Below, piece by piece: positions 1 through 13,223 of a stretch of 64,000 nucleotides of DNA (position 1 is the stretch's first letter; each line of letters starts with the position of its first letter). The position numbers and the translations under genes are program-made. Below the pieces are notes generated by a model that did not search any database, was not told the origin of the DNA, and saw only the letters and a list, made by a program, of their open reading frames with translations. The stretch comes from Vicinamibacterales bacterium (GTDB taxonomy: Bacteria > Acidobacteriota > Vicinamibacteria > Vicinamibacterales > UBA8438), in the NCBI GenBank assembly GCA_965203525.1, contig OZ241898.1, positions 1,984,176 through 2,048,175 of the forward strand, written 5' to 3'.

Positions 1-855
1 GTGAGCCTGATCCGGGACGGCTCCGCCGGGGCGCGGGGCAGCCTCTCGTCCGGCCGTCCGGACGCCGACGGCCGCTTCGTCATCCACGCGGTCCCGCCCG
101 GACGCTACGTCGCGTACGCCACGGAGACCGGGACGCCCGGCCGCACCCGTTTCGCGACCGCCGAGGTGTCGGTGTCCGGCGAGCGCGTCGAAGGCGTCTG
201 GCTGACGCTGACGTCCGGGGCCTCGGCCCGGGGCCGGATCTTCTTCGATCCGCAGACCGCCCCCGACTTCCCGCCCGACGTGCTCCAGCCGTTCACCATG
301 CCGCGCGGGGCCGGCCTCCAGCTTCCGGTCGGCCGCGGAATCGGTCACGTCAACGACGACTGGAGCTTCGAGATTCGCGGCATGGCCGGCCCGCAACTGG
401 TCAGGCTCTTCGGGTTGCCGGAAGGCTGGGCGTTGCGGACGGTGGCCCTCGCCGGCCGGGACATCACCGACACGCCGATCGTGTTCTCCCGGCAGATGCC
501 GACCACCGGGCTGCAGATCCTGCTGACCGACCGGCTGACGGAGCTCACCGGCGCGGCCCGCGACGCGCTCGGCCGCCCCACGACGGACTACACGGTCGTG
601 ATCTTTCCCGAGGACCCCGCGCTGCGCGTCTTTCCGTCGCGGTTCGTGCGGTCCGCCCGCCCCAACCAGGACGGCGAGTTCACCGTCTCCGGTCTTCCGC
701 CGTCCCGCTATCTCGCCTACGCGGCGCAGGCGGTCCCGCGGGGAGCCTCCACGAACCTGGAGTTTCTCGCCCGGATCGCGCCCGCCGCGGAGCCCTTCTC
801 GCTCGGTGACGGCGAGAGCCGGCGCATCTCGCTCCCGTTGCGGCCGGCTCCGTAG
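1..855 (+). CDS. Carboxypeptidase-regulatory-like domain protein, C-terminal part (5' end outside window)
   Basis: ORF is open from the window edge to TAG 853-855. It has two copies of the DG-x-F...PPGRY/PPSRY-x-AYA strand motif typical of CarboxypepD_reg beta-sandwich domains. Confidence 0.5.
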   Translation: MSLIRDGSAGARGSLSSGRPDADGRFVIHAVPPGRYVAYATETGTPGRTRFATAEVSVSGERVEGVWLTLTSGASARGRIFFDPQTAPDFPPDVLQPFTMPRGAGLQLPVGRGIGHVNDDWSFEIRGMAGPQLVRLFGLPEGWALRTVALAGRDITDTPIVFSRQMPTTGLQILLTDRLTELTGAARDALGRPTTDYTVVIFPEDPALRVFPSRFVRSARPNQDGEFTVSGLPPSRYLAYAAQAVPRGASTNLEFLARIAPAAEPFSLGDGESRRISLPLRPAP

Positions 856-1130
856 CGGAGCGCCCGCCCGCCGAATTCGGCTGCGCCCATCCGGGGAACG
901 TGGTTCAAGCAGTTGCCGTCCTCGCTGGTTGCAACCGCCCTGTGATGCGGCCCGGCAGGATTGCTTTCCGGTATCAAATGGTCCGGAGACAGCTTTGTCT
1001 TGCTTCTGCAAATAGCAGCACGTATCCGCGTGGGCGATCTTTCGTCCACTCGTAGTCGTGGAACGGCCGCATCCGCATCCTGCCCGCAAGATATGCCTTG
1101 CGGAACCGCCCGCGGATCCTGAAATGTACA

Positions 1131-3770
<2,640 letters not shown>

Positions 3771-3794
3771 AGAGGTTCGGGAGGCGACGAGCGC

Positions 3795-4003
3795 TCAGCC
3801 GCCCGCGCGGGTGGCCGCCTCGAAGCCCTCGCGGTTGTGGGAGCCGTCGCAGAACGGCTTGTTGCCGGAGTGCCCGCAACGGCAGAGCGTGAACGGCCGG
3901 CGCGGGATGGAGAACTCGTTGCCCTCGGCGTCGACGAGCCGCACGTCGTCGCCGTCCACCAGGCAGGGACCGTTGTCCCGGATGCGAATCGTCGTCGCCA
4001 TGA

Positions 4004-4007
<4 letters not shown>
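3795..4007 (-). CDS. CDGSH iron-sulfur domain protein
   Basis: Contains the [16 protein letters not shown] motif (C-x-C-x2-S-x3-P-x-CDGSH). Start MIMATT at 4007 overlaps the rho stop by 4 nt (ATGA). Confidence 0.8.
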
Positions 4008-5365
<1,358 letters not shown>

Positions 5366-5652
5366 GTCTTGGCTGGAACTCTCGATTCCGGTTGACGTCG
5401 GGGCCGTGACGGCCCGAAAAGGTTGCGGATGGAAGGGGCGCTCTCCGGGGCGCCGCCCGGAGCAGGGGTTACGGGTTACGGGTTTCCGGTGTCGGTTCTC
5501 GTCGCGCGCTGGTTCGGATTCGTCCCGCCCGGCCCGGCCGGGCGCGCCGTTCCCATGATGACAGATGGCGGAAACACGGGATCGCCTGAACGCCCGGGCG
5601 CCGGGATGCGGCGGCCGGTCCGGAGGATGCGTTCAACGCCGTGCCGCCGCCT

Positions 5653-5681
5653 AGCATAGAAAGCCGGCCGGAAGCTGTCAA
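5653..5681 (-). promoter_or_regulatory. Candidate sigma70-type promoter for rho (TTGACA-17 nt-TATGCT)
   Basis: On the minus strand, TTGACA lies at 5681-5676 and TATGCT at 5658-5653 with an exact 17-nt spacer. This implies a leader of about 285 nt before the rho ATG (5365). Confidence 0.4.
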
Positions 5682-5896
5682 CCCCGGAAGACGCGCCGGG
5701 TGCACGTCAGATTTGTGAGACGAGTGCTCTGGCGCTGTCAGAGTTGTCGATTACGGTGTCGTTCTTGGCATCCAGGCCCTCCGAGCGGGACGGACGTCGC
5801 GAGAACCGGCCGCGCTGGATGCCCCCAGCGGCGGCGTCTCATTTTTTTGACGTGCACCCAGACCCGCCGCCGCGGCGGCCGCGCCGTTCCGGCTCG

Positions 5897-6274
5897 TCAG
5901 TAGCGCGCCGGCGATTCGTCGATCGCGAGGATGCTGCACTGCAGGCGGGCGTCGATCCCGAGGGCTTCCGCCCGGCGCAGGAGGGCGTCGCTCTCCGCGC
6001 CCGGGTTCACCCAGAGCTCCCGGATCCCCCGGGCCGCGATCTCCTCGATCACCCGCTCGCCCACCGCCGGATGGACGTACAGGGTCGCCACGTCCACGCG
6101 GCCCGGCACGTCGGCGATCGAGGCGTACGCCGGCAGGCCTTCGATGCGCCCCGCGGCGCCGGCGCAACGGGGATTGACCGGCGCGACCTCGTGCCCGGCC
6201 TGCCGGAACGCCCGGACCGCCTTGTTCCCGAACTTGGCGCGATCCTCGGAGGCGCCGACGACTGCGACCCGCAT
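5897..6274 (-). CDS. CoA-binding domain protein (YccU/YneT-like)
   Basis: MRVAVVGASEDRAKFGNKAVRAF...GIRELWVNPGAE is the typical CoA_binding_2 pattern. Start chosen at ATG 6274. Confidence 0.75.
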   Translation of the reverse strand: MRVAVVGASEDRAKFGNKAVRAFRQAGHEVAPVNPRCAGAAGRIEGLPAYASIADVPGRVDVATLYVHPAVGERVIEEIAARGIRELWVNPGAESDALLRRAEALGIDARLQCSILAIDESPARY

Positions 6275-6428
6275 GCGCCCAGTGTCGCAGGTTCCCGCAC
6301 GCGGCGGCAAGCCGCGCGCCGGCGTCGGTCGGCCGCCTCCCGCACCCGCGCCGGGGGCGCTGGGTTCCCGCCTGCGGCGGCAAGCCGCGCGCCGGCGTCC
6401 CGGCGGGCGGGCTGTACAATCCGCCGCG

Positions 6429-8123
6429 GTGCGACGTCACGCGGCCGTTCTCGCCGGGGTCTGCGCGCTGACGTTCTTCGTCGGCCTGGGACGGCCGGCC
6501 CTGACCGACTCCGACGAGGCCTTCTACGCCGAGAGCGCCCGCGAGATGATCGAGCGGGGCGACTGGCTCACCCCCTACTACAACGGCGAGCCCCGCTTCG
6601 CCAAGCCGGTGCTGTACTACTGGCTGGCCGCCGCCGCGTACGGGGCCGCGGGCCCCTCCCCCGGCGCGGCGAGGCTCCCCGCGGCGCTGGCGGGGGCGGG
6701 TCTGGTGCTCGTCACGTTCTTCTGCGCGCGGCGCTGGTACAACGGCCCCACGGCGCTGCTGGCCGGCCTGATCGCGGCGACCAGCGCGGGCATCGTCGCC
6801 ATGGCCCGGCAGGCGCTGCCCGACCTGCCGCTGGCCTTCTTCGTGACGCTGGCCACCTGGGCCGCGCTTGAAGCCCTGCTCGACGATCCGCCGCGGCGGT
6901 CCGGGCCCCGCGCGCGGCGCGCCTGGCTGCTCGTGGCGGCGCTGGCCGCGGCCGGGGCGTTCCTGGTCAAGGGCCCGGTCGGTCCGGCGCTCGCGGCGCT
7001 CGTCGTGCTGCCGCTGGCCGCCCTCGAAGCGCTGCGGGGGCGCGGCGTGCGCGGGCGCGTGACGGCGGCGGACCTGGGGCTGGCCGCGGCGGTCTTCCTG
7101 CTCGCCGCGGCGCCGTGGTACGCCGCGATGGCCGCCGAGCACGGAGTCGGCTACCTCGAGCGCTTCTTCCTCGCCGAAAACCTCGACCGATTCGCCACCG
7201 ACCGGTACAACGCTCCGCGCCCGGCGTGGTACTACCTGCCGATCGTGGCCGGCGGACTGCTCCCCTGGTCCCCGTTCCTGATCCTCTGGGCGCCCGCCCT
7301 GCGGCGCGCCTGGCGCCGCGGAACGCTCGATCCGCGCGCCCTGCGGCTCGCGGTCTGGGCCGGTGCGCCGCTCGCCTTCTACACCCTGTCCGTCGGCAAG
7401 CAGCCGCGCTACGTCCTGCCGCTGCTCGCGCCGCTGGCCATCCTGCTCGCGCGCGCCATGCTGCGCGCCCTCGCGGGCTCCCCCGCCGCCCGGAGAGCCT
7501 TCGCCGCGGCCGGCGTCGCGGCCGGCGCCGTCGTCCTGCTGATCGCGGGACTGGTCTACCGCGCCCGGCCGCTGCTCTTCGAATGGAGCGCCCCGGTCAC
7601 CCTGGGCGTGCCCGCGGCCATCCTGCTGGCCGGAAGCGCCGTCGTGGCCGCCTCGCTGGCCGCGTGGCGGCACGGTCCCCACGCGCTGCCCCGCGCCCGC
7701 GGCATCCCGGCGCTGGTCGCCGCGGCGGCGGTGGTGATGGCGCTCGCGGCCCATCTGGTCGTGCTGGCCTCGCCCGGCCCCGCCCCGGTCGAGCGCGTCG
7801 CCGCCCTGCTCGCCGCGGCGCGCGGGGCCGGCGAGCCCTACGGCCGCCACCGCGTGTTCGACCGCAACCTGGTCTACTACACGCGCGCGCCGCACGTGGA
7901 GCTGTCCGTGCGGCAGGCGGCCCGCGACTTCCTGCGCTCGCCCGGGCGCGTGCTGTGCGTGCTGCGGGCGGAGGACGCCGCGCTGCTCCGGCAGGACGGC
8001 CTGCGGCTCCGGCGTCTGGGCGAGTGGCGCTACCTGAACACCGGCAGCCTCAACCTGCGCACGCTGCTCGCCCCCGACCCGGAGCGCGACCTGCAGCGCG
8101 TCGTGCTGGTCGCCAACCGGTAG
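6429..8123 (+). CDS. Family 39 glycosyltransferase (ArnT/PMT-like, dolichyl/undecaprenyl-phosphate-sugar dependent)
   Basis: Multi-pass membrane protein with the N-terminal TDSDEAFYAESAREM...PYYNGEPRFAKPVLYYWL motif. GTG start at 6429; the upstream part of the 5931 ORF overlaps the opposite-strand CoA-binding gene. Confidence 0.75.
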   Translation: MRRHAAVLAGVCALTFFVGLGRPALTDSDEAFYAESAREMIERGDWLTPYYNGEPRFAKPVLYYWLAAAAYGAAGPSPGAARLPAALAGAGLVLVTFFCARRWYNGPTALLAGLIAATSAGIVAMARQALPDLPLAFFVTLATWAALEALLDDPPRRSGPRARRAWLLVAALAAAGAFLVKGPVGPALAALVVLPLAALEALRGRGVRGRVTAADLGLAAAVFLLAAAPWYAAMAAEHGVGYLERFFLAENLDRFATDRYNAPRPAWYYLPIVAGGLLPWSPFLILWAPALRRAWRRGTLDPRALRLAVWAGAPLAFYTLSVGKQPRYVLPLLAPLAILLARAMLRALAGSPAARRAFAAAGVAAGAVVLLIAGLVYRARPLLFEWSAPVTLGVPAAILLAGSAVVAASLAAWRHGPHALPRARGIPALVAAAAVVMALAAHLVVLASPGPAPVERVAALLAAARGAGEPYGRHRVFDRNLVYYTRAPHVELSVRQAARDFLRSPGRVLCVLRAEDAALLRQDGLRLRRLGEWRYLNTGSLNLRTLLAPDPERDLQRVVLVANR

Positions 8124-8150
8124 CGCCCGCCGAGGGCGTCCGCGGCGCCT

Positions 8151-9335
8151 TCAGGGCAGCGCGGCGGCGAACCGCCGCAGGCGCCGGGCCCCCTCCTGCA
8201 GCCGATCGGGCGCCGCCGCGAACGAGATCCGCACGAATCCGGGCGCGTCGAACGCCTCGCCGGGCGTCAGCGCGACGTGCGCCTCGTCGAGCAGACGGGC
8301 CGCGAAGTCCGCCGAGGTGCGGACGCCGTCCGGCGACAGCAGCTCCGAGACGTCGGGAAACAGATAGAACGCGCCGGCCGGCGGCGCGACGCGCAGGCGC
8401 GGTTCGGCGGCCAGCCAGCCGAGCAGCCGATCGCGCCGGGCGCGGTACTCGGCCCGCATGGATCGCACGCATGCCTGCGGGCCGGTCAGCGCGGCGACCG
8501 CCGCGTGCTGCGTGATGGAAGAGACGTTGGAGGTCGCGTGGCTCTGCACGGTTCCGGCCGCCGCGATCAGCGGCCGGGGCCCGAGCGCCCAGCCGCAGCG
8601 CCAGCCGGTCATCGCGTAGCTCTTCGACGCGCTCCCGACCAGCACCGCCCGATCGGCCGCGTGGGCCGCCGCGACCCGCGCGAGGTTGTGCGGGGCGTCG
8701 TCGTAGACGAGCTGCTCGTAGCAGAGGTCGATGACCAGCCAGATGCCGGCCGCCTCGGTTTCCCGGGCGATCGTCGCCAGCTCCGCCTCCGCGATCAGCG
8801 CCCCGGTCGGGTTCCCCGGCGAATTGAGCACGATCGCGCGCGTGCGCGGCGTCACCGCGTCGAGCACCCGCGCGGCCGTCACCGCGAAGCCTTCGTCCGG
8901 ATACGTCCGGACCAGCACCGGCTCGGCCTCGGCGAGCTTGATCTGCTCGATGATGGTGGGCCACGCCGGGGCATGGGTCACGACCTCGTCGCCGCGGTCG
9001 AACAACGCCAGCGCGACGTTGCAGAGCGCCTGCTTCCCGCCGGCGGTGGCGATCACCTGGTCCGGGTCGTAGGTCACGCCGCAGGCGGCGGCGTACCACG
9101 CGCAGATCGCCTCCTTCAGCTCGCTGATGCCGGCGTTCGGCGTGTACTTCGTGAACCCGCGCTCGATGGCGGCGGCGCCGGCCGCGCGCACGTGCTCCGG
9201 CGTCGCGAAGTCCGGCTCGCCGGCCCCCAGATCCACGACGTCGACGCCCCGCCGCCGCAGCCGTTCGGCGGCCAGCAGCACCTGCTGGGTGCGCGAGGCG
9301 GATACGCGGCCGAGTCGTCCGGCGAAAGCGCGCAT
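8151..9335 (-). CDS. Pyridoxal-phosphate-dependent aminotransferase, class I (aspartate aminotransferase-like)
   Basis: Full-length 394 aa with the PLP-lysine motif SASKSYAMTGWRCG and NPGNPTG. Confidence 0.9.
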   Translation of the reverse strand: MRAFAGRLGRVSASRTQQVLLAAERLRRRGVDVVDLGAGEPDFATPEHVRAAGAAAIERGFTKYTPNAGISELKEAICAWYAAACGVTYDPDQVIATAGGKQALCNVALALFDRGDEVVTHAPAWPTIIEQIKLAEAEPVLVRTYPDEGFAVTAARVLDAVTPRTRAIVLNSPGNPTGALIAEAELATIARETEAAGIWLVIDLCYEQLVYDDAPHNLARVAAAHAADRAVLVGSASKSYAMTGWRCGWALGPRPLIAAAGTVQSHATSNVSSITQHAAVAALTGPQACVRSMRAEYRARRDRLLGWLAAEPRLRVAPPAGAFYLFPDVSELLSPDGVRTSADFAARLLDEAHVALTPGEAFDAPGFVRISFAAAPDRLQEGARRLRRFAAALP

Positions 9336-9347
9336 GACGTGGGGGAA

Positions 9348-9863
9348 TCAGTCCTGCCGGCCCGCAACGCGCCCGCCCGCCTTCCGCCGCAGGCGCGTTT
9401 CGACCACCTCGGGCACCAGCCCGGCCAGCGAGCCTCCGAGCGCGAACACTTCCTTCGCCAGCCGGGAGCTGAGATAGGTGTACCGTTCGTCCGGCATCAT
9501 GAACACCGTCTCGAGCGACTGGCTGAGCCGCCGGTTCATCAGCGCCATCTGCATTTCGAACTCGAAGTCGGAGATCGCCCGCAGGCCGCGCACGATCACG
9601 TCGGCGCCCCGGCGGGCCGCGTAGTCGACGAGCAGCCCGTCGAAGGTCTCCACCTCGACGGCGGGATCGTCCCGGAACACCTGCCGCGCGATCTCGACCC
9701 GTTCGGCCGCCGTGAACAGCGGGGCCTTGTCAATGTTGACCAGAATCGCGACGACGATCCGGTCGAACAGCCGCGCGCCGCGGCGGATGATGTCGACGTG
9801 GCCGTTGGTCAGCGGGTCGAACGATCCCGGATAGACGGCCAGCCTGTTCCTCGGCTCGGACAT
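9348..9863 (-). CDS. coaD: Phosphopantetheine adenylyltransferase
   Basis: AVYPGSFDPLTNGHVDII (T/HxGH nucleotidyltransferase motif) and RGLRAISDFEFE. Start at ATG 9863. Confidence 0.9.
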   Translation of the reverse strand: MSEPRNRLAVYPGSFDPLTNGHVDIIRRGARLFDRIVVAILVNIDKAPLFTAAERVEIARQVFRDDPAVEVETFDGLLVDYAARRGADVIVRGLRAISDFEFEMQMALMNRRLSQSLETVFMMPDERYTYLSSRLAKEVFALGGSLAGLVPEVVETRLRRKAGGRVAGRQD

Positions 9864-10395
9864 GGAAATCGAGAACGCTGTCCCCGGCCCGCACCCGGCG
9901 GGTGTGCCGCAACGGCGCCACGGCCACCCTTTCCGCCCGCCGCGCCCGCTCCAGCACCACCTGGCCGCCGGCCGCGGTGCGCCGGGCGGCCGCGGCCAGC
10001 ATGGCGCCGACCGCGCGGTCATCATACTCGTACGGCGGATCCAGCAGCACGAGATCGAACGCGACGGCGGCGTCCACGCGCTCGAGCGCGCGCGGCAGCG
10101 CGCCGCGGATCACCGTGCCCCGGTCCGCGACGCGGCAGCGCGCCAGGTTGGCCGCGATCAGGGCGGCGGCCCGCGGGTCGCGGTCGACGAACGTCACGCC
10201 GGCGGCGCCGCGGCTGAGCGCCTCCAGGCCGAGCGCCCCGGTTCCCGCGCAGCCGTCGAGGACGACCGCCCCGTCGACCGCGGCGCCGAGAACGTCGAAC
10301 AGCGTCTCCCGGAGCCGCTCCGACGTCGGCCGCAGGCCGGACCAGGCGGGAGACGGGAGCCGCCGTCCCTTCAACGTCCCGCTGACGATGCGCAT
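9730..10395 (-). CDS. rsmD: 16S rRNA (guanine966-N2)-methyltransferase RsmD
   Basis: RPTSERLRETLFDVL, the SAM-binding LDGCAGTGALGLEALSRGA, and DPPY. The ORF runs 134 nt into coaD before its stop. Confidence 0.85.
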   Translation of the reverse strand: MRIVSGTLKGRRLPSPAWSGLRPTSERLRETLFDVLGAAVDGAVVLDGCAGTGALGLEALSRGAAGVTFVDRDPRAAALIAANLARCRVADRGTVIRGALPRALERVDAAVAFDLVLLDPPYEYDDRAVGAMLAAAARRTAAGGQVVLERARRAERVAVAPLRHTRRVRAGDSVLDFHVRAEEQAGRLSGIVRPADQRPRRHHPPRRAAVRPDRRRDSGQH

Positions 10396-10401
10396 CGCGC
10401 C

Positions 10402-12513
10402 TCACCCCACCCCGGCCAGCCCGAACCGCCGGGCCCATGCGTCCCGCACCGCGGCGAGCCGCGGCTCGGTCGCCTCGGGTCCCCCGAGCCACGCCGCCGC
10501 CGCGCGCCGCGCTTCCTCCATCAGGCGGTGGTCCCGCAGCAGATCGCCGACGCGGAACAACGGAACCCCCGACTGCCGCGTCCCGAAGAAATCGCCCGGG
10601 CCGCGCAGCTCCAGATCGCGCTCCGCGATCTCGAACCCGTCCGCCGTCTCCGCCAGCGCCCGCAGCCGGGCCCGCGCGGCGTCGGAGAGCCGGGCGGCAT
10701 GGACCAGCACGCAGTGCGACTGCGCCGCGCCCCGTCCCACGCGGCCGCGCAACTGGTGCAACTGCGCCAGTCCGAACCGCTCCGCCTGCTCGATCACCAT
10801 GACCGTCGCGTTCGGCACGTCGATGCCCACTTCGATCACCGTCGTCGCCACCAGCACGTCGATCGCGCCGGCCGCGAAGGCGGCCATCGTCCGCTCGCGC
10901 TCGGCGATCGCCATCCGGCCGTGGACGAGGCCGACGCGGGCGTCCGGAAATACGCGCGCCCGCAGCTCGGCCTCCATCTCCGTCGCCGCCTTCAGGTCCA
11001 GCTTCTCCGATTCCTCGACGAGCGGACAGACGACGAACGCCTGCCGGCCGGCCCGCAGCGCCGCACGGACGAGATCGTGAACCTCCGCGCGGCGCGACTC
11101 GCCGCGGACCAGCGTCCGCACCGGCCGCCGGCCGGGCGGCCGCTCCCGGATCTCCGAGGCGTCGAGATCGCCGTACGCGGTGAGGGCGAGCGTGCGCGGA
11201 ATCGGCGTGGCGGTCATCACCAGCACGTCCGGGTCGAGGCCCTTGGCGCGCAGGGTCGCCCGCTGCACGACGCCGAAGCGGTGCTGCTCGTCGATGATCG
11301 CGAGGCCGAGCGCCCGGAACCGGACCTCGCCCTGCACCAGCGCGTGGGTGCCGACGACGAGCTGCGACGCGCCGTTCGCGATGCGGCCGCCGACCTCGCG
11401 GCGGGTCCGGGCCGGGAGCGTTCCGGTCAGCAGGGCGACCGCGAAACGCGACGGGGCCAGGGCGCGGCTGACGCTGGCGTAGTGCTGCTCGGCCAGGATC
11501 TCGGTCGGCGACATGAACGCCACCTGCAGTCCGTTCTCCAGGGCGACGAGCGCCGCGAGCAGCGCCACGATGGTCTTGCCGGAGCCGACGTCGCCCTGCA
11601 GCAGGCGGTTCATCGGCCGCGGGCGCCGCATGTCCTCCACGATCTCCCTGAGGGCCCGCCGCTGGTCGCCGGTCAGCCGGAACGGCAGCACGTCGCGCGC
11701 CGCCTGCCGGATCCGGTCGTCGACGACGATCCGCCGCGGCTTGGTCCGGGCGTCGGCCTCGCGCCGCTGCAGCAGCAGGCCCACCTGGAAGAAGAAGAAC
11801 TCCTCGCAGATCAGGCACTGCTGCGCCGGGGTCCGAAACTCGTTGAGCGCCTCGAGCGACGCGTCGGGCGGCGGAAAATGCGCTTCCAGGAGCGCCTGGC
11901 GGCGCGGCGGCGCCCCGAGCGCGCGCCGGACCGCGCCGGGCAGCACGTCGGCCACCTCGGCCGGCAGGCGCCGGAGCGCGTCGTGGACGACGCGGCGGAG
12001 GAATTTCGGCGTCAGCGACCCGATCTTCTCGTACACGGGCACGATCCGGCCGGTGTGGACCTGCGCGCCGTCGTCGTCCGGTCCGCCGGAGACGACCTCG
12101 TAGTCCGGATTGGTAATCTGCAGGCCGCCGGCCGGCCGCCGGTCGACCCGGCCGTACAGCACGACCCGCTGCCGCGCTTCGAACACGTCCTTGAGAAACG
12201 CCTGGTTCAGGAACGCGACGCGCACGCGGCCCGACGCGTCCTGCACGAGCATCTCGAAGATCCGGAATCCCGGCCGCCGGGTGGCCCGCAGACCGCAACC
12301 GAGCACCGTGCCGCCGATCGAGCTCGCCGCGCCGGGCCGCAGGTCGCGGATCGGCTGCAGGCGCGCGCGGTCCTCGTAGCGGCGCGGCAGGGTCAGGAGC
12401 AGATCCTCGAGCGTCCGCACCCCGGCCGCGGCAAGGTCTTCGGCGCGCCGGGGACCGACGCCTGCGAGGTACTGGACGGGGGCGTCGAGAGCGTCAACCG
12501 CGGGCGCCGGCAT
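10402..12513 (-). CDS. recG: ATP-dependent DNA helicase RecG
   Basis: Wedge domain plus SF2 motifs (GDVGSGKT, DEQHRFG, QLHQLRGRVGRG); 703 aa. Confidence 0.95.
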   Translation of the reverse strand: MPAPAVDALDAPVQYLAGVGPRRAEDLAAAGVRTLEDLLLTLPRRYEDRARLQPIRDLRPGAASSIGGTVLGCGLRATRRPGFRIFEMLVQDASGRVRVAFLNQAFLKDVFEARQRVVLYGRVDRRPAGGLQITNPDYEVVSGGPDDDGAQVHTGRIVPVYEKIGSLTPKFLRRVVHDALRRLPAEVADVLPGAVRRALGAPPRRQALLEAHFPPPDASLEALNEFRTPAQQCLICEEFFFFQVGLLLQRREADARTKPRRIVVDDRIRQAARDVLPFRLTGDQRRALREIVEDMRRPRPMNRLLQGDVGSGKTIVALLAALVALENGLQVAFMSPTEILAEQHYASVSRALAPSRFAVALLTGTLPARTRREVGGRIANGASQLVVGTHALVQGEVRFRALGLAIIDEQHRFGVVQRATLRAKGLDPDVLVMTATPIPRTLALTAYGDLDASEIRERPPGRRPVRTLVRGESRRAEVHDLVRAALRAGRQAFVVCPLVEESEKLDLKAATEMEAELRARVFPDARVGLVHGRMAIAERERTMAAFAAGAIDVLVATTVIEVGIDVPNATVMVIEQAERFGLAQLHQLRGRVGRGAAQSHCVLVHAARLSDAARARLRALAETADGFEIAERDLELRGPGDFFGTRQSGVPLFRVGDLLRDHRLMEEARRAAAAWLGGPEATEPRLAAVRDAWARRFGLAGVG

Positions 12514-12516
12514 CGC

Positions 12517-13107
12517 TCACTGGACGACCACCGTTCGTTGCGGCCCGACGCGCACCGCTTCGATGCCATCGGGAAGCGGAATCGGCCGGCTCACGTCGAT
12601 CCCGTCGGGGTACTGCCCGGACCGCGTGTAGACCCGCACCAGCTCGGCGACCAGGGTCGCCGGGACCGACAGCGATCCGACCCGCGCCGACTCGACGTCG
12701 ATCGTGACCGTCCGGCGGGCGGACCGCACCACGCCGACCGCCGTCACCGGCAGGCTTCCGCGCAGGTAGCGGAGCGGGTTGAACCGGCCCGGCGCCTGCA
12801 CTTCGCGCACGGCGTCCAGATCGACGGTGGCGGTGACGGTCAGGCGCCCGCCGGCCTCCATCCGCAGCTCCGGATCGGTCAGGCCCGGCGGCAGCCGATC
12901 CGCGGCCTGGAACCGCAGATAGCCGTTGACGGCCCGTTCTGAGAGGACGACCTCGCGCGGGCCGCCGCGGCGCGGCGTGGCCGCGTTGAGCAGGATGCGG
13001 GCCAGCGCCGCCTCCAGCTCGCGGCCGTCCGCGGCGCTCGGCGGCCCGCCCTGCCAGGCCGGCGCCGCCGCGCCGAGCGCCACCGCCGCGGCGAGGATCC
13101 AGACCAT
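12517..13107 (-). CDS. Hypothetical secreted/membrane-anchored protein
   Basis: Start chosen at MVWILAAAVALGAAAPA (hydrophobic signal/anchor). It lies 4 nt downstream of recG. No recognisable domain. Confidence 0.55.
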   Translation of the reverse strand: MVWILAAAVALGAAAPAWQGGPPSAADGRELEAALARILLNAATPRRGGPREVVLSERAVNGYLRFQAADRLPPGLTDPELRMEAGGRLTVTATVDLDAVREVQAPGRFNPLRYLRGSLPVTAVGVVRSARRTVTIDVESARVGSLSVPATLVAELVRVYTRSGQYPDGIDVSRPIPLPDGIEAVRVGPQRTVVVQ

Positions 13108-13153
13108 CGCGAAACTGTAGCACGCGGGCGCCGAGCCGTCGGCGCAGGCGGTC

Positions 13154-13183
13154 TTGACGTTCGCCTTTTGTTTGCCGTAAGGT
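13154..13183 (+). promoter_or_regulatory. Candidate lexA promoter with embedded SOS-box-like direct repeat GTTC-N7-GTTT
   Basis: TTGACG (13154-13159), 18 nt, then TAAGGT (13178-13183). GTTCgccttttGTTT at 13159-13173 sits between the hexamers, about 50 nt upstream of the lexA GTG. Confidence 0.4.
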
Positions 13184-13223
13184 AGCGGGCGAAGCCGCGC
13201 CGACACGCCACGAGGAGGCTCCT

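Noticed and set aside
5495-5535. T-loop-like GGTTCGGATTC suggesting a tRNA in the rho upstream region; similarly GGATTCGAACCC at about 33932-33950
   Set aside because: No complementary T-stem, acceptor stem or anticodon arm can be drawn around either. The second lies inside a short ORF.
5751-7895. 714-aa minus-strand ORF opposite the GT39 glycosyltransferase, and the 5744-6871 plus-strand ORF
   Set aside because: Low-complexity R/G/P/A translation. The region is fully explained by the CoA-binding gene (minus) and the GT39 membrane protein (plus).
9862-12942. 1026-aa plus-strand ORF and 758-aa minus-strand ORF overlapping recG/rsmD
   Set aside because: No motifs and Arg/Pro-rich. recG and rsmD in the other frames are well supported.
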